Virus record (IMG/VR): IMGVR_UViG_3300037493_005394
Direction: 5' to 3' (one strand)
Source: an uncultured virus (IMG/VR IMGVR_UViG_3300037493_005394)
Taxonomy: Duplodnaviria > Heunggongvirae > Uroviricota > Caudoviricetes
DNA: 64,000 nt
Part shown: piece by piece, positions 1 through 10,290 of the stretch
Layout: the number at the start of each line of letters is the position of its first letter
Numbering within the stretch: position 1 is the first letter of the stretch
Made by a program: the position numbers and the translations under genes
The notes under the pieces: model-generated
The model's database searches: none
What the model was told of the DNA's origin: nothing
Seen by the model: the letters and a program-made list of their open reading frames with translations, nothing else

Positions 1-2
1 CT

Positions 3-893
3 TGGGAGGTTATGGGGTCGTGCGACGGCAGCACCTACGGGATGGATGGGGTGGACCGTTGGACGGACTACAACAAGATTATCGCTAGCACGACGGCGGC
101 GCACTCCTGGATCATCCTCCGGCAGCCCGCGATGGGGCTCGCGCCGGGGTACTACCAGCTCCTCATCGACATGAAGGTGACCACGGCGTTGTACGCGAAC
201 CTTGTGGCAAGCTTTAGTGCGGGGTTCGCGGGCGGCACGACGATCGTGCGGCCGACAGCCAGTGATGAGGTGACGTGGCTGAACGTCTCGCATACGTCGA
301 CCAATCAATTCTTGCCCTACACGGTGGGGGTGAATTGCGTGAAGAGCACGGATGGCGAGGTGACGCGGGTGTTCTTCTCGCAAGGCGGGGGCATTGAGGT
401 GGGGCGGTGGCCGCCACTGGCGTTGATCTTCATGGAGAAGGTCAAGAATCCCGTGAGTTGGTGGCCCAATCCGTGTCTGTTTTCGGTAGCCACGGGGTAT
501 GGCCAGGCGATGTGGGCGTGGTTTACGGGCGAGTCTGGCGGGGATCCCCTCCGAACGCGCATAGGGGCCACGCCGATCACGGCGCGGTTCACGGCCGAGG
601 GGACGGGAGTGCCTGGGTTGGGGCCAGGTGGTTTTTATTATCCGTGGATCATCAACAAGGCGGCCATGCAGCGGCCGGATTTTAACGGGGAGTGGGTGCT
701 CTCTCCGCCGGGGATCATTAGTTGCTCGACGGTGGTGCGCGGGCGCCTCGGGGAGTTCTTCGACCTGTGGCTGGCGCCCCAGAGCATGCCGCTGGGCGAG
801 TACATCGCCTCGACGGGCGGGGGCGAGCGCCAGTTCATCAACCTCTACAACACGGTCGTCCCGTGGGATGGCACGCACTTGATGCTGCCGTAG
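3..893 (+). CDS. virion-associated protein, paralog family A copy 1 (5'-truncated by window edge)
   Basis: Frame is open from the window edge (WEVMGSCDG). Shares GSCD..DGxDRW, SWIxL, QxLI and PTASDEV motifs with the next three large ORFs. Confidence 0.7.
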   Translation, partial: WEVMGSCDGSTYGMDGVDRWTDYNKIIASTTAAHSWIILRQPAMGLAPGYYQLLIDMKVTTALYANLVASFSAGFAGGTTIVRPTASDEVTWLNVSHTSTNQFLPYTVGVNCVKSTDGEVTRVFFSQGGGIEVGRWPPLALIFMEKVKNPVSWWPNPCLFSVATGYGQAMWAWFTGESGGDPLRTRIGATPITARFTAEGTGVPGLGPGGFYYPWIINKAAMQRPDFNGEWVLSPPGIISCSTVVRGRLGEFFDLWLAPQSMPLGEYIASTGGGERQFINLYNTVVPWDGTHLMLP

Positions 894-901
894 GAGGGTC
901 G

Positions 902-1129
902 ATGGCGAACGTCAACGCGTATGAGGTCAACCCCGTGAGCAGTGGGGCGATGGTGGCGATTGCGAGCTATGCGGTGGACCCGGCGGTGGGCGGGGCGCAG
1001 GTGGGCATGGAGGGCTACGCGGTGGATCCGGCCCAGGGATCGCTCGGATCGACGTGTCCGGCGTGGTACGCGCAGATCATCCGGGCGGTGCCCTATTTGA
1101 CGCGGCGATGGCCGCGCCGGGAGGTGTGA
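902..1129 (+). CDS. small protein with 3x Y(E/A)V(N/D)P repeats and QIIRAVP motif
   Basis: AGGAGG RBS before ATG 902; QIxRAVP shared with 4311..4577. Confidence 0.6.
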   Translation: MANVNAYEVNPVSSGAMVAIASYAVDPAVGGAQVGMEGYAVDPAQGSLGSTCPAWYAQIIRAVPYLTRRWPRREV

Positions 1130-1132
1130 GCC

Positions 1133-2191
1133 ATGACGGCGCCGACGCGCGAGTTTACGTGGATCACGACGACGTGCAGTGCCCCAGCAAGTCCCTTTGG
1201 AGCACCCATTAAACGGCCTCGGTATAACGAGTATGAGTATTGGAATGGCAACCCGGCTTCACAGTGGACGCGGTGGTTGATCTGGTCGTGGAAACAGGTC
1301 TTGATTGCGCATGGTTGGTCGGTCGCGGGTAGTTGTGGCTATGATGGGGCAACATTCACGGCAGCGATGGACGGAGTGGATCGGTGGACGAGTGCTGATG
1401 CCGTGACAGGCAAATGGGGGTCGCTAACGGGGGCATTTTCGTGGATCGTGCTGCGCAACACGGCGATGTCGTCCGAGGGGGGCGGGTATCAGATCCTCAT
1501 CTCGCCAGAGATGTACGATGCGAACTACAATTATCCCATTTACATCTGCGAGTCTTATGGTGGGGCTTATACGGGTGGGGGGGTGAACGCCCGGCCAACG
1601 GCCTCGGATGAGGTGGTGCTGTTGGTCTCGTCTGGGACGACAGGCAACACTGAGTTGAGTACGGTGTCTAATGAGCCGCGCGGGGTGACGGTCTTTTCTT
1701 CGAGTGATGGGCTGCGCACGCGGAGCATCTTCTCCAGTGCGAAGGGGACGGTCATCCTCATGGTGGTGTTCGAGCGGGCACAGGGGGCGGCGGCGTGGTG
1801 GGACAAGCCTGTGATCAGTGGGGTGTGTCAGCCCACGTATGCCGCTTTGAATACGCCGTCAGCGGCGAACGTGCGGATGTTTGTCCATGTGGGAGATACG
1901 ATCGGCGTGCCAGCTTATTTGAGTGCGGATGGACTTGGGACGGCGGGGGTACTGGGGACGCAGGTGCTCCTTGGGGGGGCGGATCCCAATGGCAATTGGT
2001 TGTGCAGTCCCGTGGGGGTCATTGGGTCGTGCGCCCGTTCCGTGGGGTACATGGGCCGTCTGGCGGACGCCTACTGGGTGCATCAGAATATGGCGAATGG
2101 CGACTACTATCCGAACGACGCCTCGCGGCAGTGGGTGATCATCGGGGACCTCATGCACGCGGCTGGCGGTGGGGTCGTCGTGCTTGACTAG
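1133..2191 (+). CDS. virion-associated protein, paralog family A copy 2
   Basis: GGAGG RBS; near-identical blocks to 2206..3285 (DRWTSADAVTG, YQILISPEMYDAN, GRLADAYWVH). Confidence 0.75.
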   Translation: MTAPTREFTWITTTCSAPASPFGAPIKRPRYNEYEYWNGNPASQWTRWLIWSWKQVLIAHGWSVAGSCGYDGATFTAAMDGVDRWTSADAVTGKWGSLTGAFSWIVLRNTAMSSEGGGYQILISPEMYDANYNYPIYICESYGGAYTGGGVNARPTASDEVVLLVSSGTTGNTELSTVSNEPRGVTVFSSSDGLRTRSIFSSAKGTVILMVVFERAQGAAAWWDKPVISGVCQPTYAALNTPSAANVRMFVHVGDTIGVPAYLSADGLGTAGVLGTQVLLGGADPNGNWLCSPVGVIGSCARSVGYMGRLADAYWVHQNMANGDYYPNDASRQWVIIGDLMHAAGGGVVVLD

Positions 2192-2205
2192 GAGGGCGTG
2201 GTAAG

Positions 2206-3285
2206 ATGGCAGCTCCAACGCGAGCGAAGACGTGGACGAAGATCACATATAGCCTACCAGCGGGGTTGATCGGAGCGCCCACGGCAGTTCTTCGGCAAAA
2301 TGGGTATGAACTGTTGAACTCTGGCTCGCAACGGACGCGACAGTTGATGTGGGGCTGGAAAGAGGCCCTCGTGGCGAGTGGGTGGACCGTGGTGGGAAGT
2401 TGCGGCTACAACGGTTCGTTCTGGGTGGCGGGCATGGATGGGATCGATCGGTGGACCAGTGCCGATGCCGTGACGGGGCGGACCGGGGATTTTGTGCCTC
2501 CCTATGATGGGACATATTCGTGGATTGTATTGAGGAATCTGGCGATGTCGTCCGTGGGTGGTGGGTATCAGATCCTCATCTCCCCGGAGATGTACGATGC
2601 GAATAATAATTGGCCGATCTACGTTCGCGAGTCCTATGGCGGGTTCTATACGGGAGGGAGCACGGAGGCCAAGCCGACGGCGTCGGATGAGGTGCCCTTA
2701 TTAGATTCGTATCCTAGTGACGATGGTGGGGTTGTTAATAGGGTGCTGACGGTCTCGGGTAACTACACGCGCGGAGTGACGGTGCTCACTTCGACGGATG
2801 GACAGTGCACACGTAATCTATTTTCTAGCGCAGCGGGGACGGTGTTGCTTGTCGTGTCGTTCGAGCGGGTCCAGGATGCGCGGACGTGGTGGGACAAACC
2901 CGTCATCGCGGGGGTCTCCCGGCCGACGTATCTTGATTTGAACACGGCGCAATTTGGATCGAATGTTAAGATGATGCTGCGGGCGGGCAGCACGCTCGGC
3001 ATTCCGGCGTATTTCAGCGCGGATGGGTTCGGGACGGCGGGGGTGGCGGGCAAGCAGACCTTCCTGGCGGGGCCGGATCCGAATGGAAATTGGATGTGCA
3101 GTCCAGTGGGTCTCATTGGCACGGCAGGGGGTACCATGGGCTACGTGGGGCGGCTAGCGGATGCCTATTGGGTTCATGAGAACATGGCGAATGGCGATTA
3201 CTATCCCGATGACGGGACCATGAAGTGGGTCGTGTTTGGGGACCTCATGCACGCAAGCGATGGCACGGCTGTGGTGCTTGATTAG
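2206..3285 (+). CDS. virion-associated protein, paralog family A copy 3
   Basis: AGGAGG RBS; closest paralog of copy 2. Confidence 0.75.
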   Translation: MAAPTRAKTWTKITYSLPAGLIGAPTAVLRQNGYELLNSGSQRTRQLMWGWKEALVASGWTVVGSCGYNGSFWVAGMDGIDRWTSADAVTGRTGDFVPPYDGTYSWIVLRNLAMSSVGGGYQILISPEMYDANNNWPIYVRESYGGFYTGGSTEAKPTASDEVPLLDSYPSDDGGVVNRVLTVSGNYTRGVTVLTSTDGQCTRNLFSSAAGTVLLVVSFERVQDARTWWDKPVIAGVSRPTYLDLNTAQFGSNVKMMLRAGSTLGIPAYFSADGFGTAGVAGKQTFLAGPDPNGNWMCSPVGLIGTAGGTMGYVGRLADAYWVHENMANGDYYPDDGTMKWVVFGDLMHASDGTAVVLD

Positions 3286-3294
3286 GAGGATACG

Positions 3295-4275
3295 ATGGCG
3301 TTGACGCGGGCCAAGACGTGGGTGGCACAGCGACTCTATCACCAGAGTGCGGCATACGACATCCTGACGTTGAACAAGTGGATCTGGTGGGACCTCAAGG
3401 AGACCCTCCAGTACGGGAACAATGGCATCAAGGCGGGGCCAAACGCGTGGGCGGTACGAGGGTCGAGCGACGGCGCGACGGCCAGTGTGAGCGACGGGTT
3501 GGACCGCTGGCTGGACTACTCGAAGATCATCTTTGCGACAAGTGGGGTGCGTTCGTGGATCGTGCTCCAGCAGGCGAACGTCGGGGTGGCGCCGGGGTAC
3601 ATGCAGCTCCTCATCGACTGCTCGATCGCGTCGGCGCAGGGCCAGTCCATGAACATCTCGATCTCGCCCGCCGCCGGATTCACGGGCGGCAATACGACGG
3701 CCGCGCCGACGGCGACCGATGCCGTATCGTTGCTGGCGGGAGCGATCCTGCCGACGGGGTTGCCGACGACGGCCAGTGGGGGATGTCTGCGGGTCATGGC
3801 GTCGGATGGGCAGAGTACGCGGGCCTTCCTCTGTCATGGCGGGGTGGTGCAGGCGATGCTGTGGCTCGAGAAGGCGCGGAATCCCGAGACGTATTGGACT
3901 AACCCCTACGTGGGATTCATCAAGGCGCCGACGATCGCGAACCTCGTGCAGACGGTGGCGACGGGACCCAAGACGACGCTGGCGGGGTCGACGACGACGC
4001 TGCGGCTTAGTGGGGAGACCGTGGCTGGGGGGCTCGCAACAGAGACTTTGCTGAATCGGCCAGATGGTGGCGGTGCGTGGGATTTCCTGCCGACGGGGTT
4101 TGTTTCAGAGAACACGGCGTCACGGGGCAAGCCGGGCGAGCCCTGGGACATGTACCTGGCGCCCAGTGTGCTGCCGGATGGGGCCTATGCGCGCGGGACG
4201 GGCAACCCCTGGGACTGGATCGTCATGGGCGATGTGCTGATCGGCTGGGATGGCAGTCCACCGGCGATCCCGTGA
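3295..4275 (+). CDS. virion-associated protein, paralog family A copy 4
   Basis: AGGAGG RBS; TRAKTW N-terminus as in copy 3; DRWxDYxKII and APGYxQLLID as in copy 1. Confidence 0.75.
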   Translation: MALTRAKTWVAQRLYHQSAAYDILTLNKWIWWDLKETLQYGNNGIKAGPNAWAVRGSSDGATASVSDGLDRWLDYSKIIFATSGVRSWIVLQQANVGVAPGYMQLLIDCSIASAQGQSMNISISPAAGFTGGNTTAAPTATDAVSLLAGAILPTGLPTTASGGCLRVMASDGQSTRAFLCHGGVVQAMLWLEKARNPETYWTNPYVGFIKAPTIANLVQTVATGPKTTLAGSTTTLRLSGETVAGGLATETLLNRPDGGGAWDFLPTGFVSENTASRGKPGEPWDMYLAPSVLPDGAYARGTGNPWDWIVMGDVLIGWDGSPPAIP

Positions 4276-4277
4276 GG

Positions 4278-4297
4278 CTGCGCATGCGCGTACGCAG
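4278..4297. repeat. dispersed palindrome GCGYAYGCGCRTRCGC, first copy (others at 22772, 29165, 33126, 36787, 41380, 42669, 52887, 58134, 58520)
   Basis: CTGCGCATGCGCGTACGCAG; all ten copies fit the 16-bp consensus exactly. Confidence 0.85.
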
Positions 4298-4310
4298 GGC
4301 GAGGTGAGCG

Positions 4311-4577
4311 ATGGCGAGTTACAAAGGCAATGTTTTTGGAGGGATCGCGCAGGACGTACCAGGGACGATCTCCTTGGTGACGGATGCGGAACTCCCACAG
4401 CCCGTGACGGGGACGCACGATGTAGTGGTGGATTCGGCGGGGGTGGATCGGACGATCAGTGGATGGGCCTTGTACGTGTCTGGCGGGGTCGTGCAGGCGG
4501 GCGAGAGCATCACCTGCCCGCCGGATAGTGGGCCAGCCAACCGCGAGGTGCCCCAAATCGTGCGCGCGGTGCCGTGA
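4311..4577 (+). CDS. small hypothetical protein ending QIVRAVP
   Basis: GAGGT RBS; motif shared with 902..1129. Confidence 0.6.
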   Translation: MASYKGNVFGGIAQDVPGTISLVTDAELPQPVTGTHDVVVDSAGVDRTISGWALYVSGGVVQAGESITCPPDSGPANREVPQIVRAVP

Positions 4578-4638
4578 TCGGGTAGTGTGGGGGGGCAGCC
4601 AATTTTGAGTGGATGACACTCAAGGGAGATGGTGGCGG

Positions 4639-7428
4639 ATGCCGGCGAAGACCCCGCGATTCAAGGTCCCCTACCCGAACGAGAACGCCCAGGGGTGGTG
4701 GCACCAGTTTAGCGACTTTGCCGTGGCCATCGACGCGTTGATTTTCGAGCAGCTGGAGGCCGCGGCGTGGGTCTTCCAAGATCTCCCAGAGGCGACGATC
4801 TTGCCCCATGGCGGCGGCTTCCGCCTGGTGTTGACGGGGGATGCGCGGCTCGTGAGCCGCACCCTGCAGACCACCATGGTGATCAGCCACGCGACGCCCC
4901 TGACCCTCCAGCCGGACTGGCTGGTGGTGGCGCGCGTGCCCGCAGGATCCACGACGGAGACCACCGTCCTCCTGGAGCTGTGGCAGAACGGCGTCCCCAT
5001 CGACCCCGACTACCGCGTGCTGGGCTACGTCAACGGCGACTACAGCATCACGTGGTGGAACGCCGCGCAGCTCGCCCCTGGGATCGCGAAGAAGCTCTTT
5101 GCGCATGACGGCGGCGGGGGGGGCGGCGGTGGCACGATCCCCGGCGGCTACGGCGTGGTCTACGTCGATGCGGTGTACGGCAGCGACACGAGCGGGGATG
5201 GCACGCCGGCGAAGCCCTACAAGACCCTGGCGGCGGCGGCGAACGCGCAGCCCGTGGCGGCGACGGCGGAGGCCTTCCGGGTGCCCCTGATCTTCGTGCT
5301 CGCGCCGGGCACCTACACCGGGGAGGTAACGCTGCCGCGGCGCCAGGCGGTGATCCTGCGGGGCGCCGCTTATGTGATTGATGGCAATCTTGAGTGGGGG
5401 ATCAGCCCAACGCAGTACGCGAGCCTGGGCCTCGACCTGGTGACGGATCAGCCCACGGTGGGGATCTACGGCGACGCGGGGGTGCTTTGTGGTGCGCAGG
5501 CGGGCATGGCGGTGACGGCGCGGTTACTGGGCCAGTTGCGCGCCTACAACCTGAACGTCGGGGCGGGGGCGACGATGCCCGCCCAGAAGCGCCTCGTGCT
5601 GGCGGGGATCGAGTGGCGGGACGGGCGCATCACGAACCAGGCGTCGGGGTCCGTGACGGCCGGCGATGCCTGCGGGACGATGGCCCTGGCGGTCGAGCGG
5701 TGCCGATTCGTCGACACGCACGGCACGAGCCCCTACCCCTGCATCTTCGGCGAGGCGGAGCCCGCGGCGGCGGCGTGGAGCCCCAACGCGGTCGACCTCG
5801 TGGCGAGCTGGAGCGACTTCAGCGGGTGGCGCCTGCTGGGCAACGTGCGCCTGCGGGCCCTCGACCACTGCCAGCTCGGCGTGGTGAGCCATGCCTTGCA
5901 GCCGAGTGGGGCGGCCTACGCGCGCGGCTGGATCGATGGCCCCACGCCGGGGCTCGCGCACACGGCCGCCAATGGGGGCACCTTCCAGGTGGGCTACGCG
6001 GGAACCGACCCGACGATGGACGAGCCCGCGGCCGTGTGGTGCGACAGCTACTCGTGGCGCGCGCTGACCAGCGGGGGCGTGCCGCAGTTCGACAACTTTG
6101 ATGCGGGGGCCACACCGGGGGGCCGGGGCTACGCCTTCACGGAGCGCGCGCTCGGCACGCACGTGGATAGCGCGGGGTTCAGTGGGAACCTGAGCGCCGC
6201 GGACGACACGGTGCAGCATGCCCTGGCGACGCTCGACGCGCTGAGCCCGAGCGGGGCGCCGATCCCCACGGGGTTCGGCAACGTCCACGTAGACGTGCAC
6301 AACGGCAGTGACACGACGGGCACCGGGACGGTCCAGAAGCCCTACCAGACGTTGACGCACGCGGTGGGGACGGTGGCGGCGCCGGTGTCGTTCGCCGAGT
6401 TCGACACGCCGGTGCAGTTCGTGCTCGCGCCGGGGACCTACGCCGGTCCCGTGACGTTGCCCAGGCGGCGGACCATCGCGGTGGTGGGTGACCGGTGGCT
6501 CATCAGTGGGTTGGTCCAGTGGTACTACCGCCCCGAGGACTGGTACGGGCAGAGTTTGACGACGTACCCCCTGGCCTGCGTGCTCGCGACGGGGACGGCC
6601 CGCCAGGCGGGGCTCCTCGCGGGGTTAGAGTACAAGAACGCGAACCCGGCGACGCTGGGGGACGTGGTGGGTACGTTGATCGCCGAGGGGGTGCGCCTCG
6701 ATGGTAGCGTGCTCGCGGCGGCTAGCGGGGGGCTCACGGCGGGCCGCCGGACGGGACCGCTCAAGGTGGTGGCCAATGGGTGCGTAGGCAGCGGGGGCGT
6801 GCTCGGCGGCGAGCGCGAGGCCACGGTGCTGACGGCCGAGAACATGCTGTGGCTCACGGTGCGTGGGTGCGAGTTCGCCCAGGACGTGCGGGGATGCGTG
6901 CAGCTCCAGGCGGTGCGCGGGACGGTCCTCAGCGGGGCGATCCGGTGGGACGTGCACCCGCGCGGGACGCCGGGCGGCTACGCGGGCAAGTTGGGTGGCC
7001 CCACGGGGGACGGCCAGGGGCTCAGCGATTGCGAGTTGAGTGCGCTGGGCAGCTACAAGTTCGGGTGGGACGGCGCGACCGGGGTGGCCCCGGCGCAGGT
7101 GGCGTTCGATGCGCCCAGTGCGCGGCCCCTCCTGCAAGCGAGTGCGACCTTCGACAACCTCACGGCGCCGGGCTACACGTTCACGGACAAGGCGGTCTAC
7201 GTGGGGGTGACGGCGGGGACCTTCTCGCGCAACCTCACGGCGGCGGACACCACGGTGCAGCGCGCGCTGGCGACGCTCGATCAGTTGGTCATCGCGCCGG
7301 GGACGCTCACGGGGGCGGTGAATCCGAACGGCACGGTGACGGGGGTGCAGGGACAGTTGTACTACCAGAGCACCAACGGGATGTTCTGGCTGAACACGAG
7401 TGGCGGGACGGTGTGGGTGGTCGAATAG
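4639..7428 (+). CDS. tail fibre/spike-like protein with internal duplication
   Basis: Two copies each of VxVDxxxGSDxxGxGTxxKPYxTL, FVLAPGTY and FSxNLxAADxTVQxALATLD; poly-Gly linker. Start may be 4609. Confidence 0.65.
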   Translation: MPAKTPRFKVPYPNENAQGWWHQFSDFAVAIDALIFEQLEAAAWVFQDLPEATILPHGGGFRLVLTGDARLVSRTLQTTMVISHATPLTLQPDWLVVARVPAGSTTETTVLLELWQNGVPIDPDYRVLGYVNGDYSITWWNAAQLAPGIAKKLFAHDGGGGGGGGTIPGGYGVVYVDAVYGSDTSGDGTPAKPYKTLAAAANAQPVAATAEAFRVPLIFVLAPGTYTGEVTLPRRQAVILRGAAYVIDGNLEWGISPTQYASLGLDLVTDQPTVGIYGDAGVLCGAQAGMAVTARLLGQLRAYNLNVGAGATMPAQKRLVLAGIEWRDGRITNQASGSVTAGDACGTMALAVERCRFVDTHGTSPYPCIFGEAEPAAAAWSPNAVDLVASWSDFSGWRLLGNVRLRALDHCQLGVVSHALQPSGAAYARGWIDGPTPGLAHTAANGGTFQVGYAGTDPTMDEPAAVWCDSYSWRALTSGGVPQFDNFDAGATPGGRGYAFTERALGTHVDSAGFSGNLSAADDTVQHALATLDALSPSGAPIPTGFGNVHVDVHNGSDTTGTGTVQKPYQTLTHAVGTVAAPVSFAEFDTPVQFVLAPGTYAGPVTLPRRRTIAVVGDRWLISGLVQWYYRPEDWYGQSLTTYPLACVLATGTARQAGLLAGLEYKNANPATLGDVVGTLIAEGVRLDGSVLAAASGGLTAGRRTGPLKVVANGCVGSGGVLGGEREATVLTAENMLWLTVRGCEFAQDVRGCVQLQAVRGTVLSGAIRWDVHPRGTPGGYAGKLGGPTGDGQGLSDCELSALGSYKFGWDGATGVAPAQVAFDAPSARPLLQASATFDNLTAPGYTFTDKAVYVGVTAGTFSRNLTAADTTVQRALATLDQLVIAPGTLTGAVNPNGTVTGVQGQLYYQSTNGMFWLNTSGGTVWVVE

Positions 7429-7488
7429 GTCGGCGACCCCAACGAAGGCGACCGGGAAACCCGGCGCACTGACACAAGGAGATCACAG

Positions 7489-8691
7489 ATGGCAGGGTTT
7501 ACCAGTCCGTACAGACAGCACGCATTCATCGGCGATCACGCGACCAGTGGCGCGGCGACCACGTTCTTCGAGACCACCCTCGGGTGGGGCACGCTCGGCG
7601 CGACGGTCGGCCTCGGCGTCATGTTCTTCAACACGGCGACGGCGCGGGTAATGGTGTGGAACGGCACGGCGTGGGCGGACATCACGTCCAGCACGCCGAC
7701 CTTGGCCTCCGTGTTGGCGGCGGGCAACAGCGCGGGGTCCTACACCATCGACATGAACACCCACAAGATCACCGGGCTGCTGTCGCCCGATGATGCGACC
7801 GACGCCGCGAACAAAAGTTACGTGGACAGCGTGGCCTCGGGGCTCGCGTGGAAGCAGCCCGTGAAGGTGATCAACCTCGTGAGCGATGCGGACACCACGC
7901 ATGTGGTGCCGACGGGCGTCAAGGGTGAGGTGCACATCGCTAACAACTGGGAGGAGACTCCGACCCTGTACACCGACGGCCACATGTACGAGTACAGCGG
8001 CACGGTGTGGACGGATCTCGGGGCCATCGCCAGTGGGACCCGCGCGGTCATCACGGGCCTCAGCGGCACGGCGGCGGGGTCCTTCACGGGCCACGGCAAG
8101 AAGTTCGCGCAGTACAGCGGGACGGCCTGGAGCTTCGTGGCGGCGGTCGATGCCGACGCCGTGATCGTCAGCGCGGATGGCAGCCTCTACGAGAACTGGG
8201 GCTACGTGTACAGCGGCTCCGTGTGGGTCCAGTTCACGGGTGCCGGACAGATCAACGCGGGCGCAGGCCTCACGAAGGACGGCAACACCCTGAACGTCGG
8301 CGCGGCGGATACCGGCGGGATCACGGTGGGCAACAACGACATCGGCGTCAACTACGACAACAGCACGATCGGCGTGAGCGGCACCGGGCCGGGCTCCCTC
8401 ATCGTCAAGAACGGCGGGATCACCGCCACGCAGCTCAATAGTAGCGTGGCCGGGAACGGCATCACAGGCGGCGCTGGCACGGCGCTCAGCGTCGTTGCGG
8501 CGGCCGTAGCGACCAAGGGCGGCCTCGTTGTCGACAGCGACGGCGTGCGCTCCATGCAGTTCTACGCGGGCAACCCGAACACCAACGTCGCGGGCGTCAA
8601 GGGCGAGTTCGTCCTCGACACCAGCAACGACATCCTCTACGTCTGCAAGACGGCGGGGATCGCGGCGGCGGCGGTGTGGTTCGTGGTCTGA
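7489..8691 (+). CDS. tail fibre protein
   Basis: AGGAG RBS; DAANKSYVDSVASGL and WVQFTGAGQINAGAGL are typical phage fibre segments. Confidence 0.7.
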   Translation: MAGFTSPYRQHAFIGDHATSGAATTFFETTLGWGTLGATVGLGVMFFNTATARVMVWNGTAWADITSSTPTLASVLAAGNSAGSYTIDMNTHKITGLLSPDDATDAANKSYVDSVASGLAWKQPVKVINLVSDADTTHVVPTGVKGEVHIANNWEETPTLYTDGHMYEYSGTVWTDLGAIASGTRAVITGLSGTAAGSFTGHGKKFAQYSGTAWSFVAAVDADAVIVSADGSLYENWGYVYSGSVWVQFTGAGQINAGAGLTKDGNTLNVGAADTGGITVGNNDIGVNYDNSTIGVSGTGPGSLIVKNGGITATQLNSSVAGNGITGGAGTALSVVAAAVATKGGLVVDSDGVRSMQFYAGNPNTNVAGVKGEFVLDTSNDILYVCKTAGIAAAAVWFVV

Positions 8692-8835
8692 GATCGGAAC
8701 GGATGCGGAGGTGTCCCGCGTGGGCTTGGGGTCAGGAATTGGACCCTCCCTCTCTAGGCGCACGCGGGGCACCTCGGCTCTTTTAGGCTCGATGTAGAGA
8801 GCTGCCTGACTGCGCGGCGCTGAGAGGTGCGATCG

Positions 8836-10230
8836 ATGGGCCTGACGAATCCTTACCGGCAGAAGCATTATCAGGGGGAGTACGCGACGGAGACCGGGAC
8901 GGGGTCGGTGCTGGCGTGGATCCGTGCGAACAAGTGGGACAGTACGGGCGACGGGACGGGCGATCCCCAGGAGGGGATGTGCTTCTACGATACGGCGGTC
9001 GATCGGGTTAAGGTCTTCACGAATGCGGTCTGGAAGGGGTTCGCCTACACGACGGACGCGGCGGGGGCGGGCGGCAGCGACCATCAGATCCAGTTCAACG
9101 ATGGCGGGACGGTGAACGGGGCGGCGACGCTGTATTGGGACCATGGCACCAGTCGCGTGGGCCTCGGGACGAGCACGCCGACGGTCGACTTCGATGTGGT
9201 GACGGAGAGCGCGGGGGCGCGCGGGATCAAGCAGCGGAACTACAGCGCGACGGCGGACGCCCCGGCGGTCCTGGCGCTCCATCGGGCGCGGGGCACGGCG
9301 GCCTCGCCAGCGGACATCAACACGGGGGACACTTTAGGGCTCATCTCGATCTCAGGGCGTAGTGCGGGGGCGGACTACGTGGGGGCGCAGATCGGGGTGG
9401 TGGCGGACGGCACGACGGCGAAGAAGACGCACGTCACGATCAGCACGCTGAACGGGACGACCTTCGCGGAGTGCGTACGGTTCACGGGCGATGGGGTGGT
9501 CGTGGTGGGCAAGGTGGGGGGTGCCACGGGCCAGATCGATCTGGCGGGGACGACGTCGGGCGTGGTCTCGCTGAAGGTGGCGGATGCGGCGGGAACCTGG
9601 ACCATGCGGTTGCCCCTGGACGATGGGGCGCCGGGGCAGTTCCTCAAGACCGATGGCAGCGGCGGGTGCGATTGGGACGACTTGCCCTCCTCCTATATCG
9701 CGCAGGCGTTTACGGCGGAGACGACCGTCGTGGTCGCCCACAATTTGGGGGCCTATCCCATCGTGCAGGTGATCGACGGCGATAAAGAGGTCTTGATCCC
9801 ACAGGCGATCGTCCACACCTCGGTCGACTCCCTGACGGTGACGTTCTCGGTGGCCACGTCAGGCACGATCCTGGTGACGCTCGGGGCGGTGGATCAGACG
9901 ATCTCGAAGTCGTTCATGATCTCCAGTCCCACGGCGGATGCGCACAGCCCGCTCTGGCGCGTGCCGGTCTCGATCACGATCACGCACATCCATGTGCTCT
10001 GCATCGGCGGGACCAACATCGTGGGGCAGTTGTGGGAGTACGACGCCAACGGCGCGAACGGGGCGACGGTAGATGGCGACATCACGGCGCCCGCCGGGAC
10101 CAACACGGATGACGACGGGGCGATCAGCAACCCGGGCATCACGGCGGGCAACTATCTGGGGTGGAAGACGACGAGCGTGTCGGGGACGCCCACGCGGGTG
10201 ATCGTCACGTTTGAGTATGTGGAAGGGTGA
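8836..10230 (+). CDS. tail fibre protein
   Basis: QIQFNDGG, RVGLGTSTP, GQFLKTDGSG and HNLGAYPIVQV fibre motifs; N-terminus shared with 7489..8691. Confidence 0.7.
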   Translation: MGLTNPYRQKHYQGEYATETGTGSVLAWIRANKWDSTGDGTGDPQEGMCFYDTAVDRVKVFTNAVWKGFAYTTDAAGAGGSDHQIQFNDGGTVNGAATLYWDHGTSRVGLGTSTPTVDFDVVTESAGARGIKQRNYSATADAPAVLALHRARGTAASPADINTGDTLGLISISGRSAGADYVGAQIGVVADGTTAKKTHVTISTLNGTTFAECVRFTGDGVVVVGKVGGATGQIDLAGTTSGVVSLKVADAAGTWTMRLPLDDGAPGQFLKTDGSGGCDWDDLPSSYIAQAFTAETTVVVAHNLGAYPIVQVIDGDKEVLIPQAIVHTSVDSLTVTFSVATSGTILVTLGAVDQTISKSFMISSPTADAHSPLWRVPVSITITHIHVLCIGGTNIVGQLWEYDANGANGATVDGDITAPAGTNTDDDGAISNPGITAGNYLGWKTTSVSGTPTRVIVTFEYVEG

Positions 10231-10290
10231 GTGGTTTTATGACAATTGAATTTATAGTGTTGGAACAAATGGTAATCCCGGAGGATTGAG

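Noticed and set aside
1133..3285. Diversity-generating retroelement TR/VR pair or shufflon
   Set aside because: Both copies are full genes, differences are not adenine-specific, and no reverse transcriptase or invertase is in the window.
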